From Candidatus Yanofskybacteria bacterium (GTDB lineage Bacteria > Patescibacteriota > Minisyncoccia > 2-02-FULL-40-12 > GWA2-44-9), in NCBI GenBank assembly GCA_023245235.1, contig JAHFKT010000004.1:1-52307 (forward strand): a stretch of 52,307 bases of DNA, written 5' to 3'. Both the position numbers and the translations under genes were made by a program. Positions 45,650-52,307 of the stretch are shown one piece after another (within the stretch, counting starts at the first letter, position 1; each line of letters begins with the position of its first letter). A model generated the notes under the pieces. The model searched no databases. It worked only from the letters and a program-made list of their open reading frames with translations, and was not told the origin of the DNA.

Positions 45650-45922
45650 TTACATTATACCCTTATCCATAAACTGCTTGATATCATCGGGCTCTTTGCT
45701 GAAAAATATCGTTTCGCCGAGCGCGTTGCGAACGGTAACCGAAATAATGGTGTCCTTCAGCTGAGCATATTCTGTGATAGCACGGCCCGCAATCACTTCG
45801 ATGATGGCCATGTTCAGAGCATCTTCGGTTTCGACGCCCAACTCTTCCTGTTCATGGGGCGTGCTGAAATGCTGCCTTTCTATCTCATCAACCGACCCTG
45901 GTTCGTATTTCTCTTTTGGCAT
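45650..45922 (-). CDS. Hypothetical acidic protein (90 aa)
   Basis: It starts MPKEKYEPGSVDEIERQ, 6 nt downstream of a TTGAAT-17-CATAAT promoter. It is the first gene of an operon with the membrane protein and PheRS. Confidence 0.5.
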   Translation of the reverse strand: MPKEKYEPGSVDEIERQHFSTPHEQEELGVETEDALNMAIIEVIAGRAITEYAQLKDTIISVTVRNALGETIFFSKEPDDIKQFMDKGIM

Positions 45923-45928
45923 GGCGCA

Positions 45929-45957
45929 ATTATGGCCGATTTCTCTTGAAAATTCAA
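45929..45957 (-). promoter_or_regulatory. Promoter (TTGAAT-17-CATAAT) 6 nt upstream of the ATG at 45922
   Basis: On the minus strand the -35 is at 45957-45952 and the -10 at 45934-45929. Confidence 0.45.
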
Positions 45958-46020
45958 TACGACCCCCGAACTTCCCTCCAGAGTAAAACTGCGCTATCCT
46001 TGGAGCAATCTTTGACAATC

Positions 46021-47583
46021 ATGTTCAGATTTGTCGGACACCGAAGCTCCGAACCTGCCCTGATACTGCTCGACAGCGAACATCGCAAAAGAACCGTCTA
46101 TACCTGGGCCGACTACCAGACAGAAGCCCTAAGAGCCTCAAACTACCTTCATTCGCGCGGTGTGAAAAAAGGAGATTTCGTAGCAATCATCGCGCTGAAT
46201 CTGCCTGAATCATTCTTTACCCTACTGGGGACGATGCTCCTTGGCGCCGTACCAGTTCCCATCAACGTGCCGCTCATCAAAGAACGGGGGCAAGCCGACC
46301 TCCGGGCCATCTTGGACGATTGCCGGCCGAAACTTGTCCTGGCAAACCGCTGTCTTGACCGGTACCTCGCCGACATAGAGCATGTCCACATCGAAGACAC
46401 GCTCAATGGAGACGTCCTTGGCTGTCCCAAACAGAGATGGGAAGGAGGCGAGCTCCTCATCATGCCGTACACGTCCGGCACCACCGGCGGACCCAAGGGG
46501 GTCATGCTGAGCCTCGGCGCTATCAGCGACCGCGTTGGTGCCATCACGGCGGAACTGGAAGTGTCCGGTTCCGAGCGCCTGCTGTCGTATCTGTCCCTGG
46601 GCCATATATCGGAGCTGGTGGCCACATTCTTCGGACAGTTGCACTCCGGCTACACGGTTTATTTCACGGAGCATGCCAAAGAGCTCATTGAGGACCGGGA
46701 AAAATTCAGACTGGCTTTCCCGCATATTCTGCAGGCAGCGCGGCCGACCGTGTTCCTGGCCGTACCCAAAGTCTGGATAAACATACGCAAAGAGATCGAA
46801 AAGAAGACGCGATACGTTCCGGTCGACCTCGGACGGTACGGTGTCATCAGAAACCTCATCGTCCGGAAGATATTGGACCGGCTCGGACTGGACCAGGCCA
46901 AGCGTTTCATCAGCGCCGGTTCCAAGCTATCGCCTGAAGACGAGCTGTTCTTCGCAAAGCTGGGAATCTATATTGACGACGTCTACGGTCAGACCGAAAC
47001 AGGCGGACCGCTGACCATCAACGGCAAAGTTGTCGGGGAAACCCGGCTTATGATCGGTCCTGACGACGAGATATTGGTCAACGGACCGAACGTCATGCAG
47101 GGCTACTACAATAACGTTCAGGCCACGGCCAGAGTTCTGAAAGACGGCACCTACCACACCGGCGATGTCGGCATGTGGCAGACCCATCTGTACGGACTTT
47201 CGTACCCATTGGAACTGGACCCTGAAGGCCGGGTCTATTACGGCGGACGCCTGGGGGACAGCTTCAAGCTTGCTCAGGGCGAGTTCGTTCCGGCTGAAAT
47301 CATTGAGACCCTGGAGAATGAGATCAAAAGAATTCCCGGAGTGGACGAAGCCATTGTCTGCGGCGACGGCAAGCCGTATCTGGTGGCCATCGTCTTCTCC
47401 GCCGGACCATCGGCAGGGCTTGAGCGCGACCTGGTCCTGACCATCCCCCAGCTCGGTCAGGGCATCCATCGCTTGAGAGGATGGCTCGTCGTTGATTCCA
47501 AAGAGCTTGAAATGACGCCGACCCTGAAGGTCCGGCGTAAAGCGATGCTCAAAAAATTCGAAAAAGAGATCAGTAAACTATGA
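46021..47583 (+). CDS. AMP-dependent synthetase/ligase (acyl-CoA synthetase, FadD-like)
   Basis: It carries the AMP-binding motif I MPYTSGTTGGPKGVMLS, then YGQTETGG, and then TGDVG...GRLGDSFKL. I set the start at the ATG at 46021 (MFRFVGH). Confidence 0.8.
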   Translation: MFRFVGHRSSEPALILLDSEHRKRTVYTWADYQTEALRASNYLHSRGVKKGDFVAIIALNLPESFFTLLGTMLLGAVPVPINVPLIKERGQADLRAILDDCRPKLVLANRCLDRYLADIEHVHIEDTLNGDVLGCPKQRWEGGELLIMPYTSGTTGGPKGVMLSLGAISDRVGAITAELEVSGSERLLSYLSLGHISELVATFFGQLHSGYTVYFTEHAKELIEDREKFRLAFPHILQAARPTVFLAVPKVWINIRKEIEKKTRYVPVDLGRYGVIRNLIVRKILDRLGLDQAKRFISAGSKLSPEDELFFAKLGIYIDDVYGQTETGGPLTINGKVVGETRLMIGPDDEILVNGPNVMQGYYNNVQATARVLKDGTYHTGDVGMWQTHLYGLSYPLELDPEGRVYYGGRLGDSFKLAQGEFVPAEIIETLENEIKRIPGVDEAIVCGDGKPYLVAIVFSAGPSAGLERDLVLTIPQLGQGIHRLRGWLVVDSKELEMTPTLKVRRKAMLKKFEKEISKL

Positions 47584-47608
47584 TCAGCCCATTTGGGCTG
47601 ATTTTTTA
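47583..47608 (+). terminator. Rho-independent terminator after the acyl-CoA ligase gene
   Basis: The stem atcagccca / tgggctgat is followed by tttttatt. Confidence 0.7.
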
Positions 47609-47636
47609 TTAGAGCTATCCGGATATTTGAGAATAA

Positions 47637-48230
47637 CTAAGTATTTGCCTCGGTATTCGGCCTCAGAAAATTCTTATTCTTAGACTGAGCCGACCCGACT
47701 ATCTGTCCGACTCTTTTATTACGCGTCTCCGGCAATTTTGCCCGAAGCAGCCATCTGTAGAACGTCTTTTTCGCAGAAGGAGGAAATTTATCAAAGTTTT
47801 CTTTAGCTTTTTTGTTTTTTGATAATGCCCGTATCAGTTCCGGCGGCATATCCGGGTTCTTGGGAATACCATGGTCATGGGTCGGTTTTGCCGCTCCAAG
47901 CGTATAGAATTTCATTCCCTCTTCGGCCATCAGGCCTTTCTTGATAAGTTCTCTTGCGTATCGGAGCGTATTGTCGCTCCACTTGCTGTTGTGATTCCGT
48001 TTTGAAAAATTGCGGAGAAAGGTGTCCTCGTCCAAGCGCTTTATGGTCGTATCAATCCAGCCAAAGCATATCGCCTCTTCGATCAGTTCGTGATGAGTCG
48101 GCGCCGGTTTACCGGTATGTCTTTTGTGGACGATAACGGCAACCTTACTTTCTTTTTTATGGTACTTTTTCAACCATTTCCGAAAATCATTTTTGTTAAA
48201 AACAGTGATTGTTTGAAGTGTAGTAGGCAT
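47637..48230 (-). CDS. YdeI/OmpD-associated family protein (DUF1801-related)
   Basis: The N-terminal block reads FRKWLKKYHKKESKVAVIVHKRHTGKPAPTHHELIEEAICFGWIDTTIKRLDEDTF. The C-terminal block reads F.KFPPSAKKTFYRWLLRAKLPETRNKR. Confidence 0.65.
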   Translation of the reverse strand: MPTTLQTITVFNKNDFRKWLKKYHKKESKVAVIVHKRHTGKPAPTHHELIEEAICFGWIDTTIKRLDEDTFLRNFSKRNHNSKWSDNTLRYARELIKKGLMAEEGMKFYTLGAAKPTHDHGIPKNPDMPPELIRALSKNKKAKENFDKFPPSAKKTFYRWLLRAKLPETRNKRVGQIVGSAQSKNKNFLRPNTEANT

Positions 48231-48279
48231 AGAGCGGTTACGACAGAGCGGCTCGCAAGGAACCGCTCCGTTTCATTAT

Positions 48280-48292
48280 GCGGGGACGACGG
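48280..48292 (-). repeat. 13-nt direct repeat of the tRNA-Asp 3' end (att-like scar)
   Basis: The 13-mer gcggggacgacgg occurs at 48280-48292 and again at 48460-48472. The second copy covers the tRNA 3' acceptor strand plus 1 flanking nt. Confidence 0.5.
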
Positions 48293-48420
48293 CGGTTGAA
48301 GTAAACTGCTTTACTTCAACCACGAATTTTAGCGTGCGTCTATTACTGTTTCAGTATAGCACGCGTTAAAAAATTCGCGAGAACCAAAGGTTCGAGTCTG
48401 CCAGCTCTGCTGGCAATAAT

Positions 48421-48452
48421 AGATAAGACCGCCATCTGCGGCGGTCTTATCT
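48421..48452 (-). terminator. Terminator hairpin downstream of tRNA-Asp
   Basis: A 13-bp stem pairs agataagaccgcc with ggcggtcttatct around a 6-nt loop. Confidence 0.55.
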
Positions 48453-48460
48453 ATTACCGG

Positions 48461-48534
48461 CGGGGACGACGGGACTCGAACCCGCAACCTCTTCCGTGAC
48501 AGGGAAGCGCTCTAACCAATTGAGCTACGTCCCC
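48461..48534 (-). tRNA. tRNA-Asp (anticodon GUC), no encoded CCA
   Basis: The minus strand reads GGGGACG-TA-GCTC-AATTGGTTA-GAGC-G-CTTCC-CTGTCAC-GGAAG-AGGTT-GCGGG-TTCGAGT-CCCGT-CGTCCCC-G, which forms a full cloverleaf. Confidence 0.9.
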
Positions 48535-48590
48535 TTTATTGGGGACTATCAAACCTGAATTGTTTAGGAAATCTATCATATTTCAGCCGA

Positions 48591-48616
48591 AATTAAAAGC
48601 CCCGCGAATGCGGGGC
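48591..48616 (-). terminator. Rho-independent terminator after guaB
   Basis: The stem gccccgc / gcggggc has a gaat loop and is followed by ttttaatt on the minus strand. Confidence 0.6.
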
Positions 48617-48630
48617 GAGACCCCATGGGG

Positions 48631-50100
48631 TCATCTCTCGTATGATTCTTTTCTGGCACCCGGAGCCAGGCGGACAAAGTATTCGAAGGGTTTCTCGCTG
48701 ATCTTCCGATGGGCGGCCAGAAGCGTCTCCTCTCCGGCATAGCTGATAGCTGAACAGAGGTGCTCGTGGATGCGCTTGATGACTTTCCGGACCGGCCCGC
48801 GAAGCGGAACGGCCTCCTGGCGGCCCTCTGATGCCTGACCTTCTTCGAGCATCTCCTGGGCATTGTCGGGATCCGACTGGGCAAGCAACGCTTGGGGCGA
48901 GGTCATGCCCCGGTATTCCTTCATCGGCTGTTTGGTTACGGGATGCGGAATCTCGACTCCCGGCGCTTCATCCGTTCCGGCAAGCATGCCGCCGACCATG
49001 ACTGTCGACGCCCCGGCCATAATGGCAAGGACGATGTGTCCGTCATGCTTTAAGCCGCCATCAGCGATAAGCGGCAAGCGACCCCGCACTGCGGCCTGAG
49101 CTTCAAAGATGGCCTGAAGCTGTGGAACCCCGAAAGAGGTTTCCAGGCGGGTCATACATCCGAATCCGGGTCCGACACCGATCTTGATGGCGTCGACACC
49201 GAGCTCCATCAGAAATTTTGCTCCTTCGTACGTGGCGATATTGCCTCCGACCAAGGGGAAGTCTCCGAACTTCAGACGGAATTCCCTGACCACGCGCTCC
49301 AGCATTGTCGAATGGCCATGGGCGATGTCGACCACAATGAAGTCAACACCGGCGGCCACCAGGGCTTCAGCCCGTTCAAGAGGGTTCTTGCTGGCAGCCC
49401 ATTTGTCTTTAGGGGCCGAACCGATGGCGGCGCCGACCACCAGCCGGCCCTTCGCATCACGGGAAGCGTAGGGATGGCTTTTCACGAATTGGATATCGCC
49501 TTTCGTGATCAATCCGCGGACCTCGCCGTTAACAAGAAGGGGCAGTTTCTCGATCCTTCGTTCATACATGAGCCGTTCGGCATCGGCCATCGAAATATCC
49601 GGTTCGGCCCACACGAGACGATCAAAGGGGGTCATGAATTCTTTGACCGCCACATCATCGGAAGCTTCGGGCATGTCACGCCGCGAAAGAGTGCCGACCA
49701 GAATTTTTTCGTGCTGTACGACCAAAAGGCCGCTCACCTTGTGCCGCGCCATCGTCTGGCGGGCTTCCCGGACCGTTGCAGAACCGTCAATAACGATCGG
49801 GTGTTCAATGATGTGAGAATGCTGACGTTTCACGGCACCGAGCCATTCAACCTGTTTTTCAACGGAACAATGCCGGTGCAGAACCGCTACGCCGCCTTCA
49901 TGCGCCATTGCTATGGCCGTGCGGTCTTCGGTTACGGTATCCATATTCGCCGCGATGATCGGAACCTTGATATTGAGCTGTCTGGTCAACGGCATCTCCG
50001 TCAGAATACGGGCGGGGTCGCGACGACTGGCCAGAGCGCCCTTTTGGGGCCTCAGGATGACATCGTCAAACGTGCACCCTTCAAGTTTTGTGGGCAGCAT
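48631..50100 (-). CDS. guaB: IMP dehydrogenase family protein with CBS pair
   Basis: The sequence starts FDDVILRP and contains IIAANMDTV. A CBS insert is present. The catalytic loop reads IKIGVGPGFGCMTR, followed by IADGGL and GSxxAG-type motifs. I set the start at the ATG at 50100 (MLPTKLEG). Confidence 0.85.
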   Translation of the reverse strand: MLPTKLEGCTFDDVILRPQKGALASRRDPARILTEMPLTRQLNIKVPIIAANMDTVTEDRTAIAMAHEGGVAVLHRHCSVEKQVEWLGAVKRQHSHIIEHPIVIDGSATVREARQTMARHKVSGLLVVQHEKILVGTLSRRDMPEASDDVAVKEFMTPFDRLVWAEPDISMADAERLMYERRIEKLPLLVNGEVRGLITKGDIQFVKSHPYASRDAKGRLVVGAAIGSAPKDKWAASKNPLERAEALVAAGVDFIVVDIAHGHSTMLERVVREFRLKFGDFPLVGGNIATYEGAKFLMELGVDAIKIGVGPGFGCMTRLETSFGVPQLQAIFEAQAAVRGRLPLIADGGLKHDGHIVLAIMAGASTVMVGGMLAGTDEAPGVEIPHPVTKQPMKEYRGMTSPQALLAQSDPDNAQEMLEEGQASEGRQEAVPLRGPVRKVIKRIHEHLCSAISYAGEETLLAAHRKISEKPFEYFVRLAPGARKESYER

Positions 50101-50174
50101 GTTGTGAAGGTACGGGCTATGTATATCAAAATTCAGGGAACAAAAAAAGCCCTTCCGGGCCCGGTGATACACGG

Positions 50175-50708
50175 TCAGTCCTGGTAGACCAATCCCCCGC
50201 GCCAGCCGTTCAGAAATTCTTCCCGGGTGAGGAAATAGTTATGACCGCGGAAGCGCGGGTCGGAATCCTGGATATAGTAGCCGATGGTCTTGTTCCTGAA
50301 TTTTTGAAGGCCGTTGATGACGACCATGTGGCCGGCCTTTGCCGGATTCAGTTCATGGAAGACCGAAACGATGACCGGATGGCGGTTTTCGAGATTTTTG
50401 TTGATGATGGCGAGGCCCGATTCCTTTTCTTCCCGCGTGTAGAAAAATTTTGCAGCATGGTGAAGGGTCAGACCGTATTCGCCGGCCAGGGCAACCAGGG
50501 CCGCATGCTTCCAGCCGATATTCTCGAGATATCCGTCCCGGGCCACCGCTTCATGGACCAGATCCATGACCGACCGGCTGAATTTCGGGTCGTGCAACTT
50601 CAGAAGTATCCATAACGAACAGATGGCGCATATCCGGTGCGCCCATTCTTTTTCATGAGCATCGTCAAACTGATTGCAGACCGGCAGATCTATATGTATC
50701 TCTTGCAT
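50175..50708 (-). CDS. Papain-fold cysteine peptidase-like protein (C39-like), no signal peptide
   Basis: It shows a Gln...Cys...His arrangement: NQFDD...HRICAICSLWILL (candidate nucleophile) and AGHMVVINGL (candidate His). It is 177 aa. Confidence 0.5.
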   Translation of the reverse strand: MQEIHIDLPVCNQFDDAHEKEWAHRICAICSLWILLKLHDPKFSRSVMDLVHEAVARDGYLENIGWKHAALVALAGEYGLTLHHAAKFFYTREEKESGLAIINKNLENRHPVIVSVFHELNPAKAGHMVVINGLQKFRNKTIGYYIQDSDPRFRGHNYFLTREEFLNGWRGGLVYQD

Positions 50709-50722
50709 TACGAAGAAGGGTT

Positions 50723-51196
50723 TTAATCGTTATCGAGCTCCGGGTGCCAGAGGATCTTCTCGACCTTGCGGGTGTTGTTGTATGTTACGTGATGCTTCCA
50801 CGGAAAACCTGTTCCCTGGGAATCGTTGCTGATGGCCTGATCCGCACCTACAAAAAAACCCATGTGCTCATGCTCCTGCTTTTCCCAGATCAATACCGCG
50901 CCGGGCCTCAATTCATTGATCTGGAACCAACCGCTGCTAAGCATGTCTTTTTCGGTGCTCGTAACATTGGCATGAGTGAATGCGATCCAGTGTGCTTTCT
51001 TCAGAAATTCCAGCAGAGAGTTGTGCAGATACAAAATTGAGGATGCGAAAACGGCACACGACAATCCCCCGTCCTCCAGCGCATCTTTCTCTATGCCATC
51101 TTGGATAATATAAAAATTCCTGAACATCCAGTTCTTGTCTTTGGCCGCATTCTCGATCATGGACAGATAATTTTTCTTGAATCGATGCCGGATCAT
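50723..51196 (-). CDS. NlpC/P60- or CHAP-like papain-fold protein, no signal peptide
   Basis: GGLSCAVFASSIL supplies a candidate Cys, GAVLIWEKQEHEHMGFFVG a candidate His, and AISND a third polar residue. It is 157 aa. Confidence 0.45.
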   Translation of the reverse strand: MIRHRFKKNYLSMIENAAKDKNWMFRNFYIIQDGIEKDALEDGGLSCAVFASSILYLHNSLLEFLKKAHWIAFTHANVTSTEKDMLSSGWFQINELRPGAVLIWEKQEHEHMGFFVGADQAISNDSQGTGFPWKHHVTYNNTRKVEKILWHPELDND

Positions 51197-51205
51197 GATG
51201 CAAAA

Positions 51206-51234
51206 ATTGTACGTAAAAATGCCCCTAAGGTCAA
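51206..51234 (-). promoter_or_regulatory. Promoter (TTGACC-17-TACAAT) 9 nt upstream of the ATG at 51196
   Basis: On the minus strand the -35 is at 51234-51229 and the -10 at 51211-51206. Confidence 0.5.
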
Positions 51235-51275
51235 ATGAAAACCCGGGTCATTTTGAGCCGTCGTTTCGGTCAATG

Positions 51276-52307
51276 CTATTGAGGGACCAGGCCCGATGTG
51301 GAGCCGTAGAAGAGTTGCGAGAAAGCCGACCGGAATGAATCAAGTCCGAGCCTGCCGAGACGTGAGACGATAAATGACGCCGAGGACCATAAAGAATGTC
51401 CGAGACTGACCGGCGCCACCTCTTTGATCTGCGGGATGGGCTTCTGGACATTGATACCCGGATCATTATTCTTACTGCACGTCTGACCGGCGGCATCGGT
51501 CGCGGTCAGATCAACTATATAATTCCCCTGGGCCAGGTATGTATGCTGCGGATTCTGCTGGGTCGAACTGCCGCCGTCACCGAAGTCCCAGCTCCATGTA
51601 CGTGCGCCCGGACTGCCGCCGCCGAAGACGGTCTGGTCGGTAAACGGAACCTGGACATTGATTTGGGGAGAATGCGGAGTCCAGGTAAAATCCACCTGCG
51701 GGTACGCATAGGGCGGGGTGGTCCAGGAGTTGGAGTTGGCCCAGCTTGAGACACCGCCATAGACATTCCAGACTCTGACCCGGGCCTGATAGGTCGTATT
51801 GAACTGGAGAATGCCGTTCGGAATGGCGAATGAGGTCGAGTTTGAGTTGATCTGGCCGGAATCGTAAACCGGACTTGCGAAATTGCCGTTGGGGGCGACT
51901 TGGACCTGATAGGAGGCCTGGGGGCTGCCAAGTCCTGCACCGCTATCGAAGGTCCAGGTTATCGTGCCATTGGGACCTGCCGAACAGTAATCCGGATTGG
52001 TGCTCTCCGTCACATTCGAAGCCGTCGGGATGGGCGGACTGACGGTGACGAATGAGGTGGCCTGAGTGGAACCGTTGCCGGAGCAGGTAATGCTGTAGGC
52101 GTATGTCTTGGGAACACTAAGGTTGCCGGTCTGTTGGCTGCCGGGGACGTTCGGGGTCACACTGCCCGACCAGTCACCTGACTTGGTGCATGATGCGGCA
52201 TTACTGGAGGACCAGGTCAGATTGACATTGCTGTTCCAGGGCACGGTGATGGACCCGCCGGAACCGTTGGCCTGGATGGTTACTGACGGGGCTGAGACCG
52301 TGACGGT
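51276..52307 (-). CDS. Secreted/surface repeat protein with PKD domain (partial; N-terminus lies beyond the window)
   Basis: The classic PKD signature reads VDFTWTP...WSWDFGDGGSSTQQNPQHTYLAQGNYIVDLTATDAAGQ. Ig-like S/T/N-rich repeats lie upstream. The reading frame stays open to position 52307. Confidence 0.75.
   Translation of the reverse strand, partial: TVTVSAPSVTIQANGSGGSITVPWNSNVNLTWSSSNAASCTKSGDWSGSVTPNVPGSQQTGNLSVPKTYAYSITCSGNGSTQATSFVTVSPPIPTASNVTESTNPDYCSAGPNGTITWTFDSGAGLGSPQASYQVQVAPNGNFASPVYDSGQINSNSTSFAIPNGILQFNTTYQARVRVWNVYGGVSSWANSNSWTTPPYAYPQVDFTWTPHSPQINVQVPFTDQTVFGGGSPGARTWSWDFGDGGSSTQQNPQHTYLAQGNYIVDLTATDAAGQTCSKNNDPGINVQKPIPQIKEVAPVSLGHSLWSSASFIVSRLGRLGLDSFRSAFSQLFYGSTSGLVPQ

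Noticed and set aside
48280-48420. Possible tmRNA: a GGGGACGACGG... 5' end resembling tmRNA/tRNA acceptor starts, plus a GGTTCGAGTC T-loop-like motif about 110 nt downstream.
   Set aside because: There is no 3' acceptor strand complementary to GGGGACG followed by (A)CCA, no tag-peptide reading frame or resume codon context, and no pseudoknot-sized body. The segment is about 140 nt, against more than 300 nt for a tmRNA. The 5' match is better explained as a duplicate of the tRNA-Asp 3' end read on the opposite strand.

Overview
This window is a gene-dense stretch of about 52 kb at roughly 50% GC, mostly transcribed on the minus strand and almost entirely housekeeping. I infer a streamlined Candidate Phyla Radiation / Patescibacteria (Parcubacteria-like) genome. 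The grounds are a DUF4012 envelope locus, many shortened or divergent core proteins, tRNAs without an encoded CCA, and a secE-nusG-rplK cluster with no rplA.

Genes I can recognise:
- Nucleotide metabolism: dut, a long ThyX-like gene, tmk, guaB.
- Translation and ribosome: lepA, rpsP, rpmF, rplK, thrS, gatB, miaA, tsaC, and a single-chain PheRS.
- Transcription and RNA processing: nusB, nusG, rnc, an RNase H gene, RNase P RNA.
- DNA: dprA, topA plus a separate zinc-finger ORF, dnaE, gyrB, parA and parB.
- Envelope: murJ, DUF4012, two GT4 glycosyltransferases, a WbaP-like priming transferase, a GT2, galT-like, dedA, a PAP2 phosphatase, uppP, and an NRS/ER-type reductase.
- Other: pgk, tpiA, folD, secE, a DHH phosphoesterase, an acyl-CoA ligase, a YdeI-like gene, tRNA-Leu(CAA) and tRNA-Asp(GUC).

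I saw no CRISPR array, transposase, integrase or recognisable defence gene.

Observations most worth following up:
1. A mitochondrial-type monomeric PheRS, in which the PheS catalytic core is fused to the FDX-ACB domain.
2. A small PI3/4-kinase/HipA-like kinase and a 94-aa partner, both translationally coupled behind gyrB.
3. A repeated promoter architecture in which a -10 box, often the extended TGn type, sits 6-9 nt upstream of the ATG. This implies leaderless mRNAs for many genes.
4. An rplK gene followed by a terminator instead of rplA.
5. A roughly 120-nt hairpin with a 16x16-nt bubble at the left edge of the window.
6. A 13-nt duplicate of the tRNA-Asp 3' end, with a hairpin-rich 167-bp segment between the two copies.

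All calls come from reading the ORF translations and the DNA by eye. No database search was run.
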